A DNA stretch of 27,769 nt, from the IMG/VR virus record IMGVR_UViG_2061766007_000494, one strand, 5' to 3'. This document shows positions 6,995-15,327 of this stretch, in pieces. The number at the start of each line of letters is the position of its first letter. Within the stretch, counting starts at the first letter, position 1. This DNA is from an uncultured virus (IMG/VR IMGVR_UViG_2061766007_000494). Lineage: Duplodnaviria; Heunggongvirae; Uroviricota; Caudoviricetes. The notes beneath the pieces are model-generated. The model was not told the origin of the DNA. It worked only from the letters and a program-made list of their open reading frames with translations, and made no database searches. The translations under genes were made by a program, and so were the position numbers.

Positions 6995-8728
6995 ATGCCG
7001 CCTACTCTGCGGCGAGTGGTACGACTTGACAGCATACCGATTCGCAAAGCAGTTTTCACCGATGAGGGCTATCTGAGAGACAAGCCAATTCTCACAAGCA
7101 CAGGCATCTTCGAGTATACGAATCCTGACGGTTCAATTCGCCGGGAACTTCGATTGCCCGAAGATGTTTTTGCTAAAGAAAGCCTCGCTAGTTACAAAGG
7201 AAAACCGATAATCATTACCCATGATGCCGGTTTGGTAACGAAGGATAATGTTCACGATAATCAAGTGGGCACTATTCTGAGCGAGGGGTTCCAGGATGGC
7301 GAGAATGTCCGTGCGGATATCGTAATCCACGACACGGACGAAATGAAGGACAGGGGCTACAAGGAATTGTCCCTTGGCTACAACCTTGACCTTGAGGAAA
7401 CTCCGGGTACTTGGCACGGTCAACCTTACGACGCTATCCAGCGGAACATTATCATCAATCATCTTGCTCTGGTGAGGGAAGCTAGGGCTGGTGAACAGGC
7501 GCGACTGAATATAGACAGCCGCGATTCTGATATCCTTAAAGGAGGAAAGAGCATGAATAAGACTCCCAAGAAGACCGTTCGCGGCGACGGCATTCTTAGC
7601 AAGGAAGAGCTTGAGCAGGCCATCAAGGAATACAAAGCTCGCCGCGCTAAGGAAGCCGACAAAGACGAGCCTGTTGCCAGCGAACCGAAGCCGGAACCTG
7701 CCCCTGATAAGACCCCGGAGAAGAAGCCGGAGTCCAAGGAGGAGGTCAAGCCCACGGAGAAGGAGAAGCCCACGTTCGACGAGGATGTGGAAGCTGTCGA
7801 GACCGTGGAGAAGAAGCCCGAGTCTGTTGAAGACAAGATTCAGCAGGTGAAGGAAAACCGCAACATGCGGGACGAGGAGGGCGACCCCAAGGATAAGCTG
7901 TCCGCTATGGGGATGATTGCCCATCAGGACGAGGACATTGACACCCTCTTTGACATCATTGACACCCTTCTGGCCGAACGGGAGTTCAAGATGAAAGAAG
8001 ACTGTGCGAAGACCGATTCCGATGATGATGCTATCCCTGACCGTGATAAGAAGGGCGAGAGCGTTTCAAACTGCGACGGGGAGGAAGTCGAGGAAGAGGA
8101 AGTCGAAGTCAAGGAAGAGCCTGAAGGCGACCCCGAGGATGACGAAGACTGGGAGGACGAAGACTGGGAGGAGGACAGTGACGAAGAGGAAGAAGACTTC
8201 GAGGTAGAGGAAGACTTCGAAGAAGACTCCGACGATTCTACTGTCTTCGAGGAAGAGGAAGAAGACTGGGAAGAAGACGAAGAGGACGAGTGGGAAGAGG
8301 AAGAAGAGGAAGTCCAGTGTGACAGTCACGATTCCGTGATTCCCGATTCCACCGGTGAAGTCCACCACGTGAAGAAGCTCAATTCCGATTCCGTGGATGC
8401 GGTCATCAATCAGCGCATTGCGCTTGGAATGCTTGGCCGCAAGCTGAACATGGACGGGCTGGAAAAGCTTGGAATCATGTCCGCGAAGAAACGTATCATC
8501 AAGGCTGTGCGCCCGAATATCCGGCTTGACGGCAAGAGCGATGCGTACATCAACGCCGCGTATGATTGCGCCGTTGACGAAATTCAGAAGCGTTCCCGCA
8601 AGGGCGTGAAATACCAGAAGAAGCAGATGTTCAACAAGGATTCCAAGGTTCGGGCCGAAGAGGGCGGCAAGTCCTCTGCCGACGCTCGCCGGGAAATGAT
8701 TGAGCGTCAAATCAACCGCAATAAATAA
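6995..8728 (+). CDS. DUF2213-type prohead protease fused to scaffold
   Basis: N-terminal TDEGYL...TGIFEY...RRELRLPEDVF...SLASYKGKPIIITH...KELSLGY...QRNIIINHLALVREARAGEQARL, followed by a long acidic, low-complexity region. Lies before the decoration and capsid genes. Confidence 0.9.
   Translation: MPPTLRRVVRLDSIPIRKAVFTDEGYLRDKPILTSTGIFEYTNPDGSIRRELRLPEDVFAKESLASYKGKPIIITHDAGLVTKDNVHDNQVGTILSEGFQDGENVRADIVIHDTDEMKDRGYKELSLGYNLDLEETPGTWHGQPYDAIQRNIIINHLALVREARAGEQARLNIDSRDSDILKGGKSMNKTPKKTVRGDGILSKEELEQAIKEYKARRAKEADKDEPVASEPKPEPAPDKTPEKKPESKEEVKPTEKEKPTFDEDVEAVETVEKKPESVEDKIQQVKENRNMRDEEGDPKDKLSAMGMIAHQDEDIDTLFDIIDTLLAEREFKMKEDCAKTDSDDDAIPDRDKKGESVSNCDGEEVEEEEVEVKEEPEGDPEDDEDWEDEDWEEDSDEEEEDFEVEEDFEEDSDDSTVFEEEEEDWEEDEEDEWEEEEEEVQCDSHDSVIPDSTGEVHHVKKLNSDSVDAVINQRIALGMLGRKLNMDGLEKLGIMSAKKRIIKAVRPNIRLDGKSDAYINAAYDCAVDEIQKRSRKGVKYQKKQMFNKDSKVRAEEGGKSSADARREMIERQINRNK
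7553..8728 (+). CDS. probable nested in-frame scaffold protein (internal start)
   Basis: AAAGGAGG (7538-7545) 7 nt before an in-frame ATG at 7553, exactly at the end of the protease domain. Confidence 0.65.
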   Translation: MNKTPKKTVRGDGILSKEELEQAIKEYKARRAKEADKDEPVASEPKPEPAPDKTPEKKPESKEEVKPTEKEKPTFDEDVEAVETVEKKPESVEDKIQQVKENRNMRDEEGDPKDKLSAMGMIAHQDEDIDTLFDIIDTLLAEREFKMKEDCAKTDSDDDAIPDRDKKGESVSNCDGEEVEEEEVEVKEEPEGDPEDDEDWEDEDWEEDSDEEEEDFEVEEDFEEDSDDSTVFEEEEEDWEEDEEDEWEEEEEEVQCDSHDSVIPDSTGEVHHVKKLNSDSVDAVINQRIALGMLGRKLNMDGLEKLGIMSAKKRIIKAVRPNIRLDGKSDAYINAAYDCAVDEIQKRSRKGVKYQKKQMFNKDSKVRAEEGGKSSADARREMIERQINRNK

Positions 8729-8743
8729 GGAGGAGAAAAGAGA

Positions 8744-9362
8744 ATGAGTGCTCAGACCAATTACAACTACTTCCCCGTGCATGGCGCTCCCGGTGGCATC
8801 GTCGATGTCAACCCGATTGCCATTGACACCCGTATCGTCGAGGAAAACACCGGTGTTGTGTTCCCCGGTATGGGTGTTGTTACCGGCACTACTGCCGGTG
8901 TGCAGATTAAGCTTCCCGTTGCCGCTTCCGAAGTCGCTGATTTCGAGGGCATCACCATCAACCGTCGTACTACCGAGCGCGACCTTGCCGGTTCCCTGTA
9001 CGTGCGCAATAAGTCCGCTCTCGGAGTGGTCCGCTGGGGCCGCGTGTACGTGCGTGTGGAGGCTACCGCTGCTCCCGCCNNNNNNNNNNNNNNNNNNNNT
9101 GAGCGGTTCCGAGGCTGGTTGCTTCACTACCGCCGCTTCCGCTGCGACCAAGCTGCCCATCAATGGCCGCTTTCTCGGCGCGAAGGACGGCGGCGCTGCC
9201 CCTGTCGAGCTGTTCAACGGCGCTGTGACCGCTGCCGCTCCTGCTACCAATATGAGCCTCGGCGACCTGACCGACGTTGACCTGACCGGCGTTGAAGACG
9301 GAAAGGTGCTGAAGTATGTCGGCGCGGACACCAAGTGGGAACCCGGCACCGACGCGACCTAA
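8744..9362 (+). CDS. capsid decoration/cement protein (spans an N gap)
   Basis: Between scaffold and MCP. Frame 8744 (MSAQTNY...WGRVYVRV) before the 20-N gap at 9080-9099 joins the frame ending at 9362 (GCFTT...NGRFLG...VELF). Confidence 0.8.
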
Positions 9363-9388
9363 TCTAGGAAAAGAGGAGGAATAACATA

Positions 9389-10435
9389 ATGGATAACTTC
9401 ACCAAGCACACCCATTACGACGCGAATGAGCTGAAGACCCTGCGGGCTTCCGCCATTCCTGCGGCTATCATGAATAGCCCCGGCGCTCGCTTCGACAGCG
9501 TTGAGGATGCCAGCGTGTTCTTCGCCCGTGAGCTGGACTACATCAAGGCCCGCTCCTACGATGTGGAATACCCCGAACTGACCGCTCTGAACCTGTTCCC
9601 CATCAGCACCGAGGCTGACCCCGGCGCTGAGACCATCACCTACTACACCTACGAGAAGCAGGGACTCGCCAAAATCATCGACAACTACAGCACTGACCTG
9701 CCCCGCGCCGATGTGAACGGCAAGCCCTCTATCGCTCAGGTGAAGTCCATCGGTGATAGCTACGGCTACTCCGCTCAGGAAATGCGTGCGTCCAGGCTGG
9801 CCGGTAAGTCTCTGGATATCCGCAAGGCTGAGTCCGCCCGGTATCAGATTGACTCCCTGACCAACAAGATTGCGTGGGCGGGAGATGCTGATTCCGGCCT
9901 CATGGGCGTCCTGTCCGATGGTCAGAGCATCCCTGAGTTCGTCGTGGCTGCTGGCGGCACTTCCGGTAAGACCAAGTGGACCGAGAAGACCGCTGAGGAA
10001 GTCATGGCCGATATCAACGGCATGGCGAAGCAGGTTGCCCGCGTGACTAAGAACGTGGAGCGTCCCGATACCCTGTGCGTGCCCGCCGATGTCTACATGG
10101 ACATTGCTACCCGTCAGATTCCTCATACCACCGCGACGGTCATGAGCTTCATTCTTGACTACTCTCCGTACATCAAGAAGATTATCTCTGCCGCCGAGCT
10201 GGATGCGGATTCCGTGGGCACTAACCCCTACGCCAAGGCGGACGGGAGCGGCAGCGGCGTTGCGTTCCTGTTCAAGAATGACGCTCGCAAGCTGACCCTT
10301 GAGAACCCCATGCCCTTCTTCCAGTACCCCCTGCAGACCCGCAATCTGGAGACCATTATCCCCTGCGAGGCCCGGACCGCTGGTGTCATCGTGTACTACC
10401 CCCTGTCTGCCGTTATCGCGGTGGGAGTGTCCTGA
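9389..10435 (+). CDS. major capsid protein (DUF2184/encapsulin-like HK97 fold)
   Basis: FFARELDYIKARSYDVEYPEL, DLPRADV, IGDSYGYSAQE and EARTAGVIVYYP motifs. 348 aa, strong RBS, biased codons. Confidence 0.93.
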   Translation: MDNFTKHTHYDANELKTLRASAIPAAIMNSPGARFDSVEDASVFFARELDYIKARSYDVEYPELTALNLFPISTEADPGAETITYYTYEKQGLAKIIDNYSTDLPRADVNGKPSIAQVKSIGDSYGYSAQEMRASRLAGKSLDIRKAESARYQIDSLTNKIAWAGDADSGLMGVLSDGQSIPEFVVAAGGTSGKTKWTEKTAEEVMADINGMAKQVARVTKNVERPDTLCVPADVYMDIATRQIPHTTATVMSFILDYSPYIKKIISAAELDADSVGTNPYAKADGSGSGVAFLFKNDARKLTLENPMPFFQYPLQTRNLETIIPCEARTAGVIVYYPLSAVIAVGVS

Positions 10436-10445
10436 GTTAAGGAAC

Positions 10446-10484
10446 AAGCGAAAGGGAGGGGCTACATGCCCCTCCCCGCTTTTT
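10446..10484 (+). terminator. intrinsic terminator after major capsid gene
   Basis: GGGAGGGGC-TACAT-GCCCCTCCC stem, extended by AAGCG/CGCTT, followed by a T run. Confidence 0.8.
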
Positions 10485-10519
10485 GCTATCATCAACAATC
10501 TATAACGGAGGTCAAAACA

Positions 10520-10870
10520 ATGATTATCTTCCACAATACGAGCAAGAAAATTATCAGCGTGAACAGCATCGCGGTGATGCCCGGTGACAGCACGGAAATC
10601 CCTGACAGCTACGCGGACCTGCCCAGTATCAAGGCCCTTGCGGAGACCGGGAAAGCGATTGTGACCCCCAAGGTTGAGCCTAAGCCGGTCAAAAAGCCTG
10701 CCGCGATGCCTGTGGAGCCAGAGGCAGTTTCTGAGGAAGTCCATGAGGAAATCCCCGTGGAAGCGCCCGAGGCGGAGCCTGCCAAGCCCAAGCGCCGCAG
10801 CAAGAAAAAGGCTGACGAGGAAGACAGCAAGGCCGTGGAGGAAGCGCTGGCGAAGGAGATTTTCGGCTAA
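10520..10870 (+). CDS. hypothetical protein after MCP (small beta domain plus P/E/K-rich tail)
   Basis: GGAGG precedes ATG 10520. The 10466 start in the track lies inside the terminator. Confidence 0.75.
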   Translation: MIIFHNTSKKIISVNSIAVMPGDSTEIPDSYADLPSIKALAETGKAIVTPKVEPKPVKKPAAMPVEPEAVSEEVHEEIPVEAPEAEPAKPKRRSKKKADEEDSKAVEEALAKEIFG

Positions 10871-10882
10871 GGAGAGCATAAG

Positions 10883-11335
10883 ATGACAGTCATCGACATG
10901 ATACGGCTCATTGCCCCTGAATTCGATAGCGTAAGCGATATCGACCTAGAACAGTGGATAGAATTTTCTTTGCCGTTCGTAAGTAAGAAGCAGTTCGGAA
11001 AGCTCTACAATCAAGCTTTGGCGCTGTTCATCTGCCACAAAATGAAGGTGGCAAATTTGGGCGACGGAAGCAATGATGGAATGGGCACGTTCGCCGATGC
11101 TGTCAGATTTTCCTCCTATTCTGAGGGAAGCCGCTCTGTGAGCTTCAATAACGGACGCAGCGGTACCGCCGATGATGAACTGAGCCTGACGCCATACGGG
11201 CTGCAGTATATCGCACTGAGGAAAATGGTGGTGGTTCCTATCACGTCTTCCGGTTTCGGACAGCAGATGGCACCTACGTTAGTCCCCGGCGTGAATTGGC
11301 CGTTTATCGACGATATGATGATTCGCTATCCTTGA
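10883..11335 (+). CDS. head-tail adaptor (DUF4054-like)
   Basis: APEFDSV.D, ALALFICHKM, SYSEGSRSVSF and LSLTPYGLQY motifs, plus synteny. Confidence 0.85.
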   Translation: MTVIDMIRLIAPEFDSVSDIDLEQWIEFSLPFVSKKQFGKLYNQALALFICHKMKVANLGDGSNDGMGTFADAVRFSSYSEGSRSVSFNNGRSGTADDELSLTPYGLQYIALRKMVVVPITSSGFGQQMAPTLVPGVNWPFIDDMMIRYP

Positions 11336-11343
11336 GGTGAGCT

Positions 11344-11784
11344 ATGCAAGATATTACCGTGAAAGTTACCGCAGAGGGGGAGCGGTTCCAAAGGCTGCTT
11401 GACGAGCTGACGAGGACAACGCTTTCGGTAGGTTTCAAACCCGGTGAACACTTTGAGGAGGACGGGACGGATGTGGCTGAAGTTGCACTAAGGAATGAGC
11501 TGGGAGACGATAGAATCCCGGCAAGACCTTTCATGCGTCAGACCGTGGAGAATCACAAAGCGGAAATAACGGCGCTGGTCCACAAAGCAGCGAGCAGGGA
11601 AACGGCAAAGGACATCCTGAATCTGATAGGCGACGGTATCTCACAGCTTATGCGGGATGAAATTTCCAACGGTGATTTTGCGCCCAATGCCCCCGCGACT
11701 ATCGTGGCAAAAGGTTCCGATAAGCCGCTGATTGATACCGGCACGATGAGGGATTCCGTGGAATTCTGGCTGACGAAGGAGTGA
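11344..11784 (+). CDS. neck/tail-completion protein (HK97 gp10 / virion-morphogenesis-like)
   Basis: NELG...IPARPFMR and PNAPATIVAKGSDKPLIDTGTMRDSV. Confidence 0.85.
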   Translation: MQDITVKVTAEGERFQRLLDELTRTTLSVGFKPGEHFEEDGTDVAEVALRNELGDDRIPARPFMRQTVENHKAEITALVHKAASRETAKDILNLIGDGISQLMRDEISNGDFAPNAPATIVAKGSDKPLIDTGTMRDSVEFWLTKE

Positions 11785-12131
11785 AAAGCGTGATATTCCG
11801 AAAGACGTACAGGGTGCGCAGGTTCACAAAGCAAGAGTTCGTGAACGGCTATGCGACACAAGGGTATACAGATTGCACAGCGAGCCTTGACGTTCAGCCG
11901 GAAGGGAATGCGCTGCAATATCCTTCGGAGGGTGCAAATGCCGTGACGAGGTTATCCGTGTGGGGCGACTTCCCATTCACGGCGGCAAATCAAGATAGGG
12001 GCGTAAAGGGAGACCGGATTTGCTGGTACGGGCATTGGTACGAATGCACTAGCTCTGTCTGGTGGGACGGTACGCCTCTACATCACTATAAATCATCGTT
12101 TACCTATGTCCCGAACGGAGGCACCGAATGA
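11781..12131 (+). CDS. head-closure/stopper protein
   Basis: DVQP...L...EG and GDRICWYGHWYE, HYK motifs. Overlaps both neighbours by 4 nt. Confidence 0.75.
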   Translation: MKSVIFRKTYRVRRFTKQEFVNGYATQGYTDCTASLDVQPEGNALQYPSEGANAVTRLSVWGDFPFTAANQDRGVKGDRICWYGHWYECTSSVWWDGTPLHHYKSSFTYVPNGGTE

Positions 12132-12726
12132 ATATTGACGGCGTTAGAAGCGCAATCTATGAAATCGTGAGCCGTTATTTCGCCGGGGCAACGGTGGCGT
12201 GGGGCGATACGAATATGACAAAGCCGAGCCTGCCGTTTATTACCTTNNNNNNNNNNNNNNNNNNNNNNNNNNNNNGTGGCCCAATAAAAGATATGTGGAC
12301 GGAGAGCCGTTATATGATTATCCGTCGCAGGTGAGATTGACCGTCAATCTGTTTACGCGAGGAAAGAAGGTACTCCAAGGTTCAGATACCGCGATTTGGG
12401 AAGACACTTCCGAAAACGATATGATGGAGTTCCTGAATTTCGTAAACAGCGATTGGTTCATTCAATGGGAGAATTCGAAGAATATCTATATCAGGCCGGA
12501 AGGGCCGATTCGGAATCTTTCAGCTCTCACGAATGATATCAATTGGGAATACCGGGCTATGGCTGAGTTCATGGTAGCCTATACGGAAATTGCGGAAGGT
12601 GCTACTACGGTATGGTCGCAGAATCCGAGCGGCGGAGGTTCTCAGGAGTTGGCGGATATCACAAACGGTTGGTTCGACCACGTTCACATAGATTACGAGA
12701 ATGACCCAATAGATATGGAGGAATGA
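12128..12726 (+). CDS. tail terminator / neck protein (spans an N gap)
   Basis: Frame 12128 (…KPSLPFIT) before the 29-N gap at 12247-12275 joins the frame ending 12726 (LTVNLF…WEYRAMAEF). Directly before the sheath. Confidence 0.7.
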
Positions 12727-14195
12727 CAATGAGCAATCTCAATTCCGTTGTCAACGTTTCGATTCAGTTGCAGACTGGCGCGGCGCTCGGTGAGAGCTTC
12801 GATTACGTTTGCCTTGTCGGACCCCTACCTGCTGCGTGGAGTCCGTGGGCCGCGTCCTCTGGCTATACCGTGGGGCAGATGGTGTATAACGGTAGTCACG
12901 TCTATAGGTGCAAGACCGCTGGTACGTCTGCCGCTTCCGGTGGCCCTACTGCGACTGAGGGCGATATCGTTGACGGCGCTACGTTGACCCCGGTTGTGTG
13001 GGACTGGAAGGAAGCTGTTCCTAGTGAAATCCCTTCGGAATGGGTGCAGTGGCAACCTTCTACGGCGTATGAAGTGGATGATATCTGCTATAACGGCGAG
13101 AATGCGTATACCTGCGTTACGGCTGGTACTTCCGCTACTGTCGGTGGCCCTACCGGAACCGATAGCGGCATCATCGACGGTATCAGCGCGACGGCGGTTG
13201 TGTGGAACTACGTTCAGGAGCTTCCGCCCGATGTGGGTATCTACAATGCCCTGACGGACGTTGCGGATGCCGGGTGGGTGACTGTCGGTGCTGCGGCTGA
13301 CCCTGTGGGTTTGGCGGCGGCTGTGGCGTTCTCTCAGAATCCCAAGCCTGACAAGCTGTATATCGCTTACCAGAAGTGGAACGGTGAGGAAATCGAGAAC
13401 GTTGGAACTACGCTTGACCGGGCTAAGAAGTTCGGTGGCTGGTATGTGGTTTGCCCTGCCGGTGTGGCTGAGAATCAGTATGAGACGATGGCGCAGTGGA
13501 CGGAGGCTAATATCCTGCTGTTCGGTTATACCTTTGTCGGTGATACTGACCCTGTTGGGAGCGGCTATTACCGCAGTTTCGGCTACGACGGTAAGGTTTC
13601 CGATACGGTGCCCGCTGGGATGAATCCCGATAGCAATTCCTATCTGAGTGTGGGCGCGGCTGTGAAATGCCTGTCTTATCAGAGTGGAAGCGAGACTTGG
13701 GCGTACAAGAGCCTTGGAGGACTGACCCCTTCTGAGTTCTCTGCGACGCATATTGCGCTGCTGGAAGCGGCTAATCTGAACTACTACGAGCCTTTGGCTG
13801 GTATGAACGTGACTCGGAACGGCAAGGTCAAGGCCGGTGAGTGGATTGACGTTATCCGGTTCCGTGACTGGCTGGAGAATGATATGCGGGTTCGGGTAGC
13901 GACAGTTCTGTTGTCTAATCCCAAGATTCCGTATACGGATTCCGGTATCGCCCTTATCAAGGCTGCTATGGTGGCGAGCCTGATGCAGGGGCAGACCAAC
14001 GGCGGTATCGCTGGGACTACGATTGCTACGGACGGTTCGCTGATTCCCGGGTTCGCGGTGTCGGTGCCCGCTGCGGCAAGTGTCTCCGCCGCTGATAAGG
14101 CCGCTCGCATCCTGAATAACTGCCGCTTTGAGGCTTACCTTTCCGGGGCTATCCATGTGGTGAAGATTCTCGGATATCTGAGCTATCTCGGTTAA
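12723..14195 (+). CDS. contractile tail sheath (DUF3383-like) with two inserted Trp-rich repeat modules
   Basis: VVNVSI, FSQNPKP, GSETWAYKSL.G, GEWIDVIRFRDWL, KIPYTDSGI and YLSGAIH.V. Start at 12723 or 12729. Confidence 0.92.
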   Translation: MTMSNLNSVVNVSIQLQTGAALGESFDYVCLVGPLPAAWSPWAASSGYTVGQMVYNGSHVYRCKTAGTSAASGGPTATEGDIVDGATLTPVVWDWKEAVPSEIPSEWVQWQPSTAYEVDDICYNGENAYTCVTAGTSATVGGPTGTDSGIIDGISATAVVWNYVQELPPDVGIYNALTDVADAGWVTVGAAADPVGLAAAVAFSQNPKPDKLYIAYQKWNGEEIENVGTTLDRAKKFGGWYVVCPAGVAENQYETMAQWTEANILLFGYTFVGDTDPVGSGYYRSFGYDGKVSDTVPAGMNPDSNSYLSVGAAVKCLSYQSGSETWAYKSLGGLTPSEFSATHIALLEAANLNYYEPLAGMNVTRNGKVKAGEWIDVIRFRDWLENDMRVRVATVLLSNPKIPYTDSGIALIKAAMVASLMQGQTNGGIAGTTIATDGSLIPGFAVSVPAAASVSAADKAARILNNCRFEAYLSGAIHVVKILGYLSYLG

Positions 14196-14208
14196 GGAGG
14201 GGTGAGAA

Positions 14209-14625
14209 ATGGCTGAGGCTGTTACTACTTACAACTGCAAAGACGTTCATATCACTTTCGGCGGTGAGGCTGTCTACGGGTACGCCGAGGACAGCTTTGT
14301 GACTATTGAGCCGAACACGGACGGTATCACTAAGAAGGTCGGCTGCGACGGCGAGGTTGCCCGCGCTATCATGCCTGACCGGACGTATAAGGTTCGTATT
14401 GTCCTTATGCAGACTTCTCCGTGGAATGAGAAGCTGCAGGAGGCGTATTACACGGACAGAGAGACCGGGGACGGTATCAAGGATTTGGCGATTGAAGCGC
14501 CGAACGGAATGCCCTATTTCCAGGCACCGGCCTGGGTTGTCCGGTCTACGTCTTATGGGTACGGTAAAGACGTTGGAAATCGTGAGTGGCAGTTCGATAC
14601 TGCTTCCGCGCAGGCCACGTTCTAA
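14209..14625 (+). CDS. tail tube protein (DUF3277-like)
   Basis: TYNCKDV, GYAEDSFVTI, VGCDGEV, LMQTSPWN and REWQF. Follows the sheath. Confidence 0.88.
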   Translation: MAEAVTTYNCKDVHITFGGEAVYGYAEDSFVTIEPNTDGITKKVGCDGEVARAIMPDRTYKVRIVLMQTSPWNEKLQEAYYTDRETGDGIKDLAIEAPNGMPYFQAPAWVVRSTSYGYGKDVGNREWQFDTASAQATF

Positions 14626-14647
14626 GAGAGAATAGGAGGTCGTAAAG

Positions 14648-15130
14648 ATGGCAGATTTTAAGCCTGTTAGAAAGGAAATCGGGGGATATACTTTCTACAT
14701 TCGTCCTATGGGAGCTATGAAGTGCGCCGCTATGTCCGGGGAATTGGCCGCTGTGGTCGTTCCTCTTATGGCGGCGCTGCTTCCTCTTGCTGGGGGAGAT
14801 AATCAGGAAATTGATATCGTCAAGGCGACCCCGGCAATCGCAAGTGCGTTTTCGTCCCTGTCCGGTGAGAAGCTTCAAAAGCTCATATATACCCTGCTGG
14901 TAGAGGACCGGACAATCGGAGTCGAAGGACCGGGTATCAACGGTGCTACGATGATGGATGAAAAGACGATGGATATGGTTTTCGCCGGGAATGCACAGAA
15001 TATGTTTATTCTGGCGTTCTATGTGATTAACACGAATTTCGGAGATTTTTTCGGTTCGCTCGGAACCCAATATGGCAATGTTATCGAGAAGCTGAAGGTT
15101 CCGGCAGCGTTGACAAATTTGGCAGACTGA
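14648..15130 (+). CDS. tail assembly chaperone (lambda G-like)
   Basis: Between tube and tape measure. Ends near NFGDFF, which contains the slippery heptamer T-TTT-TTC. Confidence 0.82.
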   Translation: MADFKPVRKEIGGYTFYIRPMGAMKCAAMSGELAAVVVPLMAALLPLAGGDNQEIDIVKATPAIASAFSSLSGEKLQKLIYTLLVEDRTIGVEGPGINGATMMDEKTMDMVFAGNAQNMFILAFYVINTNFGDFFGSLGTQYGNVIEKLKVPAALTNLAD

Positions 15131-15324
15131 ACGTTGAAGAATTCTCCGATTTAGAACTGAAAATGTACGTCCTTATCAAGGAACGGGTTGCCACGATGTG
15201 GGAGCTAAAGAATGTGTATACCCTTGGTGAGGCGCTGAAGCTACACGCTCTTGTCCAGATGGAAAAGGATATTGAGCGGTGCCATTCTGAAGATATGAGA
15301 AACGAAAGCGATAGGAGGCGGTAA
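15046..15324 (+). CDS. -1 frame extension of the chaperone (lambda GT-like), absent from the ORF track
   Basis: The -1 frame is open from the slippery site to TAA 15322-15324: ...FGRLNVEEFSDLELKMYVLIKERVATMWELKNVYTLGEALKLHALVQMEKD... An internal ATG at 15163 lacks a clear RBS. Confidence 0.7.
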   Translation, partial: FFRFARNPIWQCYREAEGSGSVDKFGRLNVEEFSDLELKMYVLIKERVATMWELKNVYTLGEALKLHALVQMEKDIERCHSEDMRNESDRRR

Positions 15325-15327
15325 TAC

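Noticed and set aside
8081..8312. GAAGA-rich repeats as a CRISPR or non-coding array
   Set aside because: They are in-frame Glu/Asp codons without constant repeat-spacer periodicity.
9080..9099. Apparent frameshift or split in the decoration gene
   Set aside because: The frame change coincides with a 20-N gap of uncertain true length, so it is an assembly artefact.
12247..12275. Apparent split of the tail terminator gene
   Set aside because: The frame change falls within a 29-N gap.
8066..14156. Long minus-strand ORFs (8066..9349, 9359..10879, 12825..14156)
   Set aside because: These are antisense shadows of codon-biased structural genes, with no recognisable motifs or RBS.
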